The translations under genes and the position numbers were made by a program. A stretch of DNA of 56,754 bases from Lama guanicoe (lineage: Eukaryota). The first letter of the stretch is position 1, and each line of letters starts with the position of its first letter. The stretch covers positions 1,428,001-1,484,754 of the forward strand of contig MU054391.1 of assembly GCA_013239625.1 (NCBI GenBank). The letters are read 5' to 3'. Under the pieces are notes generated by a model that had not been told where the DNA came from, made no database searches, and saw only the letters and a list, made by a program, of their open reading frames with translations. This document shows, piece after piece, positions 47,620 to 56,754 of the stretch.

Positions 47620-48115
47620 GATGCTGGCATAAATATGAGCCATTCCTCCTTCACGTATAATAACCTCATTCTAGTTTCTTCTTCCTGAAGCAGTTATGGT
47701 GTAATGATGTCATGTATTTAAGCTTGATAAACATAATTACTATCAACATTTAATTGATTCTTGATTACAATCAATTATATTTCTGAAACAACCAAGCGTC
47801 CCACAATTAAAAATAATCGATTCATTAGCACCCCCCTTACTTGACAATTACACAAATGCATTATTTATGCAATTAGACACATTTGCAGTTCATTATTCCA
47901 CATTTTACACTATTGTTACAGAGCTACGAAACTCTCCAGCTTACTTTTTAATCCTCCTTGGGCTAATCCTGAGATGGAACACTACGTTTATTCAAATGGA
48001 TCCAGTTAAAAACTGGAAGTTACCTACAGCCGCACAATTAAGTTATAAATCACAAGCCTGAATAGCATGTCAATTGCAAAACAATAATTAACTAATTCAG
48101 CTCCCCTATTTTCAG
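47620..48115. promoter_or_regulatory. AT-rich island resembling no repeat I recognise, dense in TAAT/ATTA homeodomain cores: candidate conserved enhancer
   Basis: taattac, ttaattgatt, caattat, caattaa, aatcgatt, caattac, caattag, ctaatcc, taattaactaatt within about 500 bp in a GC-rich background. Confidence 0.55.
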
Positions 48116-48347
48116 AGGAAGCTGTGAGGGCCCAGGGTGGCTGGGAGCCAATCGTGTATTTCACCATTAAGCAGAGGCAGGAATCCTCCTGATGTGGAAT
48201 TGGGGAAGGGGTCGTAAAGAAACAAGAAACCAGGTTAACCAAGAGCAGCAGCTCATTGGGTCCAGGACACGGGGTTGAATCTGCCTTTGACCCTTTTCCC
48301 TCCCTGCGGGGCCCTCTGACATCCTGCCCCAAAAGGGCGTGACTCAC

Positions 48348-48515
48348 TGTGCCGACATCACGGTCCAAGCAACTCCCTGTCCTCCCAGTGCCTCTTTCCT
48401 TCTCCCTGTCCCTCCCAGTATCCCCGAGTTCTTTTTTCAAAATGGTCAAACTGGCATGTGCATTCTCCTCTCCACTCCCCAAATTCTCCTGCATGGTAAG
48501 ATCTCAGCGAGGTAC
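48348..48515 (-). other. Candidate 168-nt exon containing a Kozak-context ATG
   Basis: Donor ACA|gtgagt, weak acceptor gtgcattcag|G; ACCATG at 48494 with an in-frame upstream stop; MQENLGSGEENAHASLTILKKELGDTGRDREKERGTGRTGSCLDRDVGT, unrecognised. Confidence 0.3.
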
Positions 48516-50019
48516 CTGAATGCACACTCGAGCTAAGACGTGGAGCCGGGTGCTATGAGGGGCCAGGTGACGGTCAGCTTTCCGGGGGCCAGAGAGCAGG
48601 AGGGATGGCCCTGGTAGGTGAGCCCGTGCAGACCAACCACCCCTGAGGGAAACGGCACTGAAGGGAGCAGCCCTTCGCCCCCCAGGGCGGCTGCGGGATC
48701 AGCCCACACAGCGAGCTGCAGGGGCGCCTGGGTTGGAATCTGGGCAGTTAATCAGAGGAGTGTCTGTGCAACCCGGAAGCCACTCCTTCCCACCCGCAGA
48801 GCCGCCTGTGGACGTGGCATCGCCGGGGGTGAAACCAGAGGGCTGACGGAACTGGCCAGGCACATGGAAGACGCAGGCCTTCTACTGGGGGCAGCACCTG
48901 GGACCAAGGAACAGAGCAGAGCCCGGGTGAGCTCAGGAGCGTCACACAGGGAGGCGAGAGGCCGGGTGCAGGAGGGAGGACGCGTGTCCAAGGCAGGGCT
49001 CTCACAGACACCAGGACCAGCATTCACCTGGGCGGGCGGCCCTTTCACACGCCGTCCCACCCTCTTCACAGAGGCAGCTGTATTAGAAGAAAATGTCCTA
49101 GAAACAAACAAACAAATCTGGACACTTAATAGACACTCCATGTTCCAGTTACCGTGGACCCCAAGACCCATGTCAAAACCTGGAGAGATATTTGAATTTT
49201 GTGGATAAAGCTGCCGTCAGAAATCCAATTGAAAAATAGGTTTCCTTTTACAAATAAGTATCAGCCTGGCCTCAATTTTCCTTCCACAACAGTAAATACT
49301 AGAAAAAAGTGAAGCAGAGACAAGAGTGAACGGAAGGTTGATAACTGCAAAATTCCATACCCAGCTAAGCTTTCAGGACGAAGGCCCGCGGGCCCCTCCT
49401 CAGGCAGGCATTCCAGGCCGTCAGCAGAGACGTAAAGGGAAGGTCCCTCAGATGTTGGCAAAGGACATTCAAGCCACGTCATTGAAGAAGCTGGATCATT
49501 GTTCCAAATTAGGTGCACCTGTCATGTAGTTCTTGACAGTGACAACACTTAATGTGAAAAAATAACAGTCCAGTGACAAGGTACGGGGCACACACTCAGG
49601 AGACAGGAGAGCGTGAAACATAAACGTACTAGTCCCGGCGACTCACATGAGGAAGGCGCGTACATAGGCCTCTTTCCTAACGCTGACATTTAGACAGTCT
49701 GCCTTTCTCTTGCCTGGGAAAATGAGGCGCCACAACTGAATCCATACGCAAAAAGCTGCGTGTGAAACTGGACATGCTGCTCAGGAGCCGCTTCTCGCAG
49801 GGTACCAGCCCCAGACGCGTCACAGGCGGTGTCTCCAGACCGTCGTGGAACAGATCCTTCCCGTGCTGGATCAGCGTTTCCAGGGAACACAGGAAGAGGG
49901 CACACTTCCCGATACTTCATGCCCCAGAGCCAGCACAGCCCGGGGACACAAGTAAGAACAGGCCGAGAAGGAAACTAAAGGCGGGTGTCCCTTAGGAGCA
50001 CGGACCGACCATCACACAG

Positions 50020-50900
50020 GAAGTGTGTCAGCGGTGCGGTAAGCACCATACATCCGGTACAAACACTGAAACCAGGCAAGGGCTGAGCCGAACGCAGAAT
50101 CACCTGCTCAGCACAGACAGAAACCAGTGGAGAAAAGCCCGCGATCGTGTCAATACCTGGTGGAAAACACTGGTTAAAGCTTCTCAGGAAGCTAAGGAGG
50201 GGGGATGCTCCTGCACACGATTAAAAATACCCGCTCAGCCACGAAGCTGATCGCCAGCAGCCCACAGTCCGTCCACGGCAGCATGCCCATGGAAACCACG
50301 GGGAAGACAAGGCTGGTGGCTGCGGCCAGCATCCTCCCAGCCGCACAACAGGATGAGAAAGGCGAAAACAGATTTTAAAAAGTTGAAAAGACATATATGT
50401 GTAATTGTGCCCCCTTCTATTGGTAAGGAAGAGGCAAAACTGACATTACTCAAAGATAGCATGATTGTCTACCTGAAAGAAAAAGCTAAAACTACACTAA
50501 TTTTTTTAACTCCATTAATATGAACATAAAAAAGCAATCATTTTCCTGTATGTCAGCCTGCACAGTTAGGGCAACAATGGAAAAAGAACCCTATTTACAA
50601 TAGAAAAATTGACCATCTGGAAATTAAGCTCACAAAAGGCACATCGGGCTCACAAGATTAGCGCCACAGGCCCAGCCGCGCAGCCCAGGAGGGGACTGGA
50701 CTGGCGGGCAAGCGCTGTCCACTCCAGATCAGAAGGACAACGTTACAGCCGTGTGTTCTCGCCAAACTCATCTGTGAATCTGTGGCAACTCCGTCAGAAT
50801 TCCCGTGGAGCTGTTATGAGAGTGGATCATAACGGCACCTGGAGGGAGGGAAGGAAAGGAAGCCTGAAGGACCATGACCTGGAGGCACGTGGGACCCCCT
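50020..50900 (+). mobile_element. Highly diverged LINE-1 ORF2 remnant
   Basis: 'attggtaaggaagaggcaaaactgacattactcaaagatagcatgattgtctacctgaaa' parallels RT IGKEEVKLSLFADDMIVYLE. Confidence 0.75.
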
Positions 50901-51409
50901 ACGCTGAGGCGCCAGGACACAGACACCCAGAAACACGCCAGGAGTGTCTGAGCAGGGAGCACACAGGACACTGGCATCTGGACGTGAGGGGCGGCCACCG
51001 TGGTCCAGAGCCAGCCTGCTGCCTGGCGCTGGTGGGTCCTGCCGTGGCCCCGAGCACCCCACGCGACTCCTCCAAGTCCTCTGTCAGCAAAGCGTCAGCG
51101 ATAGCACCCACACGGGGTCCGCTGTGCAGGTCAAAGGGGTCCGTACACGTAGCCCTAACAGAGGAGCTGGCTCCTAGGAGCCTCCACAGACAAATGTGTT
51201 ACGTGAAATAAATACATGGCGCGAGGAAGTTAGTTACCTGGGGGCCGTGAACGACCCGCACACGCTCACACCACACACCCACCCAGGGGCCCAGAGTGAA
51301 GTCACAACCTATAACCGTTAAGTGCTGGTAGTAAGTGCGGATCAACACATGATCTTGGGGAGTGAAATGTTTCTAATCTGAGGAGGGGGTATGTAGGATG
51401 GTGAATGCC

Positions 51410-51565
51410 AAACTGGAGCACAGGGAACTACATTCAGTGTCTTGTAACAGTCTGTAATGAACAAGAACATGAAGAGGTACGTGTGCGTGCGTAAGTGAAT
51501 CCCTGGGCCGTACACCAGAAACTAACACAAAACTGTAAATCAACTACACGTCAACTTTAAAACTT
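51410..51565 (+). mobile_element. LINE-1 extreme 3' end (artiodactyl/camelid-type)
   Basis: 'agcacagggaactacattcagtgtcttgtaa..gtacaccagaaactaacacaaaactgtaaatcaactacacgtcaactttaaaa'. Confidence 0.85.
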
Positions 51566-51778
51566 TTTTAATTAACAAAAAGAAGAAAGGTGAAATTTTT
51601 TTTAAATGCCAAACTGGAAAATTGGGAGAGGCAGCCGTTCCTGCAGTCAGAAGCCCTCAGCACGCCGAGAGGGGCCGGTTTCCACGTGGGCACGTGTGAC
51701 GTGACACAGCACCACCACCACTCAGAGCGCAAATAAACAGGCTGGGAAAATCATTTCTGGCCTAAGATTAGGCATTCT

Positions 51779-51900
51779 GGGGGCGGGGCATCGCTCAGCG
51801 GTGGCGCACGCGCTCAGCACGTGCAAGGCCCTGGGTTCAGCCCCCAGTCCCTCCATCAAAAATAAATAAATAAACCTACTTACCTCTCCTCTCCCAAAAT
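51779..51900 (+). mobile_element. Camelid tRNA-derived SINE (Vic-1 type)
   Basis: gggggcggggcatcgctcagcggtggcgcacgcgctcagcacgtgcaaggccctgggttcagcccccagtccctcc..aaataaataaataaacctacttacctctcc. Confidence 0.9.
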
Positions 51901-53205
51901 GAAATTCTTCTCTCCAAAGAAATGAAAGAAAGGAATTCCTCTACTCTCAGGCTTTAGTCTACGGGAACCTTCGGAAAACAAAACCAGAAACCTGAAATCT
52001 TTCCAGTATGTATCATCCTTTTCTTTTACATTCAAAACCATTTCCTAAGGAAAAGCGTCTCCTTGTTAGAGCCACAGAAGCCCTGTGAACACGTGACTAC
52101 GATGGACACCAGCACAGGAACCCAAAGAATGTGTGTCCTCAGCAGCTTCACGGCGGGAGTGCCGGGGCCCGAGCCAGGCAGCACGGGGCGGGCGGCAGGC
52201 TCACGGCGGTGCGGGCGGCCCGCTGCCGTCGCCTGGGGGAAGGACGTGGCACCAACGCCCTGGCACCGTCGGCCTTAGGAGACCGCGACCAGGAGAAGCG
52301 GCACAGCGGAGATCCGCCTCCCTGGTGAGCTGGCCACACCGGCCTGCTGGCCCGCTGCTGCCTCATTCACCCCGGGAGCTGCCACCCTGCACCACGGAGA
52401 TGCCCGAGCAGTCCGGAGCCGTGCCATTGACAAGGACTCCCAGCAGGCAACCCGAGGTGAGAAAGGGAAGTGGGAAGTTCGTTCCTGGTGCCTGCTCCCC
52501 CCACCCGGCCCCTCCTTCAACAAAATGGCTTGTTTTGTGATTGGAGACTTGACACGAGATGTAACAGATGCTGACGAGGCAGACAGGCTCACGGACACCG
52601 CCTATCCACGGCTCTCCCGCGGGGAAACATGCCATCAGCCCCGTTTTTCAGGTCAGGAAGCAAAAGCTCTGCCAGCGAGTAAAGGCCTCTCTGTTCACGG
52701 GCCTGGGAGGGGCCAGAGCCCCGGGCCACGGGTGACAGCGGGAAGGGGCCCCCAGGTACCCCGCCTTCTCCCCACCCGCACCCCTGCTCTGACTGGTCAG
52801 ACCCCCATCCACACATGGCTCTTCCCACCTCCTCTTCTGGACCCTCTGGTCGGGCACAGTGACAGTGACATCGGTCCCGAGGCAGCGAGGATGGTGGTGG
52901 ATCCGTCATTCACGCCACTCACTCAGCAAGGACCACGGGGGCCTGGGACCAGCCGGACCGATTACTGCTCCCAAGGTAGCAGAGAGGCCAGGCCGAAGTT
53001 CTAGCAGCCAGCAGGGGTGGGGGGAGGACAGATGTGTGTCCCACTGTCGGAGGATTTGGACAAGAAGACTGAGGTGCCCTCTTGTCTCTTCCACCCGCAA
53101 TCTAAAGATCTCAGCCTGGCCACATTGTGTGCATTTATCAAAACCTTTCATCTGTAAAATGGGCCAATGCCCACCCACATTGCTAAACTATCTCTTCTTA
53201 ATAAA

Positions 53206-54275
53206 GAGGCTGTGCAGGTCAGAGACAGAGGTTGAGAGGGTCAGACAGGGAGGCTGTGCGGGTCAGAGAGGGAGGCTGTGCGGGTCAGAGCGGGAGGCTG
53301 TGCAGGTCAGAGACAGAGGTTGAGAGGGTCAGAGACGGAGGTTGAGAGGGTCTGAGAAGGAGGCTGTGCGGGTCAGAGCGGGAGGCTGTGCAGGTCAGAG
53401 ACAGAGGTTGAGAGGGTCAGAGACGGAGGTTGAGAGGGTCTGAGAAGGAGGCTGTGCGGGTCAGAGCGGGAGGCTGTGCAGGTCAGAGACAGAGGTTGAG
53501 AGGGTCAGAGACGGAGGTTGAGAGGGTCTGAGAAGGAGGCTGTGCGGGTCAGAGCGGGAGGCTGTGCAGGTCAGAGACAGAGGTTGAGAGGGTCAGAGAC
53601 GGAGGTTGAGAGGGTCTGAGAAGGAGGCTGTGCGGGTCAGAGCGGGAGGCTGTGCAGGTCAGAGACAGAGGTTGAGAGGGTCAGAGACGGAGGTTGAGAG
53701 GGTCTGAGAAGGAGGCTGTGCGGGTCAGAGCGGGAGGCTGTGCAGGTCAGAGACAGAGGTTGAGAGGGTCAGAGACGGAGGTTGAGAGGGTCTGAGAAGG
53801 AGGCTGTGCGGGTCAGAGCGGGAGGCTGTGCAGGTCAGAGAGGGAGGCTGTGCGGGTCAGAGACGGAGGTTGAGAGGGTCAGAGAGGGAGGCTGTGCGGT
53901 CAGAGACGGAGGTTGAGAGGGTCTGAGAAGGAGGCTGTGCGGGTCAGAGACAGAGGCTGTGCGGGTCAGAGAGGGAGGCTGTGCCGGTCAGATAGGGAGG
54001 TTGAGAGGGTCAGAGAGGGAGGCTGTGCGGGTCAGAGCGGGTGGCTGTGCAGGTCAGACAGGGAGGCTGTGCGGGTCAGAGACGGAGGTTGAGAGGGTCA
54101 GAGAGGGAGGCCGCGTGGGTCAGAGATGGAGGTTGAGAGGATCAGACAGGGAGGCTGTGTGGGTCAGAGAGGGAGGCTGTGCAGGTCAGACAGGGAGGCT
54201 GTGCGGGTCAGAGACGGAGGTTGAGAGGGTCAGGCAGGGAGGTCATGCGGTCAGGCAGGGAGGCCGTGCGGGTCA
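53206..54275. repeat. 22-bp minisatellite (about 48 monomers) with an 88-bp higher-order repeat
   Basis: Monomers gaggctgtgcaggtcagagaca / gaggttgagagggtcagagacg / gaggttgagagggtctgagaag / gaggctgtgcgggtcagagcgg; the tetramer recurs at 53294, 53382, 53470, 53558, 53646, 53734. Confidence 0.98.
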
Positions 54276-56324
54276 CACACAGGAGCTGTGAAGATCGCAG
54301 CCTGGCCGACAGGAGCAGCAGGGTATGAGCAGGCGGAGAGGAAATGAAAAGCTGCGCAGGCGTCAGGCGACCAGGAACGTAAAACGCTCAATTCACGCCC
54401 GAGACGGGGGGAGGGAGATTACAATATTATTTTCCGCTGAGATATGACTCTTTTAATTTCGCTGGAGTACCCAGCTTTGGACAGGAAATCAATTGTCTGT
54501 TGTTATCAGCCGAGGAGAGGAAATAGGGCCCACGTCCCTGGGCTGCTGTCTGGGATGTGATTTATAGCAAACAAAGGTTGACTCCTTGACTGCAAAGGCG
54601 CCTGGGGGTGGCCGGGAAGCCAAGCGGGGCTGCGCTGGGACAGCGGCGGCCAGGGCTCTGGGTTTTGCAGGGACGGCTGAGGGCACGTGGCCTCCCTCGG
54701 CCAGGTCCAGCCACACCTGCAACCGCACACCCCGGGCAGGGTGCAGCATCCCCCCCACCTCACCTGGCCCCCCCCCAGGTGTACAGCCATAAAGACATGT
54801 TCACACGCCTTCCTGTGGGAGTCGGGTGCCGTGGGGATGCCGGCTGCACCAGTGCCTCAACGGGACGCACGGACAGCTGCTGCCCCTCCTGGAACGTTTA
54901 GCAGACACGAAGGCACCAGTGACAAAATGGACACTTTGGGCCTGACACCTGCCCTGCGCCCGTGATCACGGCCTCGCACGTGCACTTCCACGGGCGTGGA
55001 ACACACAGGAGATGTACACACTTCTACAGAACAAGGGCATTTGGGTTTCTCCGCCGAGCGCACAGTCTTTCTTAGCTTTCGTAATCTCATCTTTCGGAAG
55101 GCAAAAATCATCCCTCCGCAGAATTGGTTTTTGATTTGCTGGTGTTTGCCTGACAGGAAGCATTTCCCAGGAAGAAATAACACGCTATTCCATGCGGCAG
55201 CCTGGCCTCGGCTCCTAAATTCCAAGCCATCTGCTGTTTAAATCCCGTGGAGACCATCCAGCTGCCAGACACCACTGTATCCCTGAAATTATTCCCCGGG
55301 AGCCTCACACGGACTGAGAACGGGGCTGCTGGCCAGATGATGGGTGGGAAGGGCTGCCCCACACCAGCCCCCACCCCACCACCACTCCTGCGGCCACGGG
55401 GCCTTCCCCAGTGTGGACTGCCTCAAAGACGCCCACCCGTGCCCTCGGGGCCTGCAGCTCCCGGCCCAGGGAGGAGACAGACAGACGGAGACCGGAAGGA
55501 GCTGAGGTCACCAGCCTGAGCCCCAGCCCAGGACGGGATCCTCCATCAGCCCCACCAGCAGCGGCCAAAGGAAGCCGTTCGGAGGCCAGAGCGGGAGAGG
55601 AGGCTGAAATGGGTGTGGGTAGCCCAGCAAGGCGGGAGGCTGACCTGTGAGCCTGCGGGGGTGAGGGTGGATGGGGACCATATCCTAGTGTCTCCCCGGT
55701 CTGCAGCGCCTGGGCCCTCCCCCACTCCCTCCCTCCGTAAAGCAGCTCACAGAGCAGCCCCTGCTCACTGAGCAGGACGTGGTGACTGCATTTCTGAACC
55801 AAAAATTGAGATGAAGTTTTCAACAAAAAAAAGATATTTCCATTTGTAAATTTATTCAGGATGTCATAAGGAGATTTAACAAATCACACGTATTTGTATG
55901 TTAATGAATCAGTTTTATTACAAAAATAAAATATTATGAAATTAGAAAAAAGCCAAAAAAAGGCAAAAAGAAAAGAAAAAGGCCCTCACTGCTGTCCCGC
56001 TCAGCACGTGTCTGCCGTGCGGGCCCCGGGCGGGGGGGCCAGGCCTGCCTTTGGCTGGGGGGCTGCGTGGGGGCTGGAACACAGACACAGCAATGGGAAT
56101 GATCGCCTTTTCTCAGGAGACATTGAGTCATGGAGAAAACAGCAAGGGGACAGGTGGGATTAGGGGGCGGGAGGGGCGGTATTGGTTCCCCATCTCTGCC
56201 GTGACAGGTGGCCGTCCACCTCTGCTTGGATTAAATCACCGCTGCTGCGGCCGCTGACCTCCAACCCCCCTGAGACGGGTTCAGGGTGGAAATCAGAAAC
56301 GAGGCGCTCTGTGCTCTGGGAAAA

Positions 56325-56603
56325 CTGGCTTCAGATAGTTAGATATTTTCAGGAGAAGAGTTTATGAGCCCAGTTCTCACGTCTCCTCATTTCTAGAAAA
56401 GCACCGACATCACTAACGGTGACACCTGCTCCCCGCGACCAGCAGCAGCCTCTGCCTGCACGTGTGCCTGACCGCACGCCCCGCGTCACCGAAGTCGTGT
56501 GCAACACTGAGCCCCCCGCCTCTCGCAGCCGCCCCTCAGAGCTCTGGGAGGCCGTCTCCCGGGCTCTAGTCCTCATTTTGCCCCAAATAAAACTCAGCCC
56601 ACA
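56325..56603 (+). mobile_element. MER41-like ERV1 LTR, truncated by the assembly gap
   Basis: 'ctcagagctctgggaggccgtctcccgggctctagtcctcattttgccccaaataaaactc' with LTR polyA signal; reverse-complement similarity to the element at 20310. Confidence 0.7.
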
Positions 56604-56628
56604 NNNNNNNNNNNNNNNNNNNNNNNNN
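56604..56628. other. Assembly gap (25 N)
   Basis: N run seen directly. Confidence 1.
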
Positions 56629-56754
56629 AAATCTTTGTAGTTGGGGGAAAATCGGACTGAACCCCCAGTGTGGGCGGGCTGCGCTCTCCTCCGGCGGCTT
56701 GGGGAGGACCCGTTCCCTGTGAGGCCACTTCCTGATCCAGAGGCCACCCCACCT

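Overview
GC-rich mammalian genomic DNA, most likely camelid (alpaca/camel lineage). The basis is four tRNA-derived SINEs with the Vic-1-type head 'ggggagggtatagctcag...gggttcaatccccag' and, in three copies, the 'aaataaacctaattacctcccc' tail, recognised from memory rather than by database search. I recognise no protein-coding gene, and the many listed ORFs are explained by high GC content, tandem repeats or decayed LINE-1. The window is intron/intergenic-like. It contains old LINE-1 pieces (one nested insertion with a target-site duplication and one twin-priming-type inversion), three ERV-type LTRs plus a MaLR LTR, MIR/L2/MER relics, and several minisatellites including a 22-bp array with a perfect 88-bp higher-order repeat. 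It also has a CpG island at about 42.3-43.9 kb, several CTCF-consensus motifs, an AT-rich homeobox-motif island at about 47.6-48.1 kb, and minus-strand splice-site-bounded segments that may form an unannotated spliced transcript. There is a 25-N assembly gap near the end. Repeat boundaries are eye estimates.
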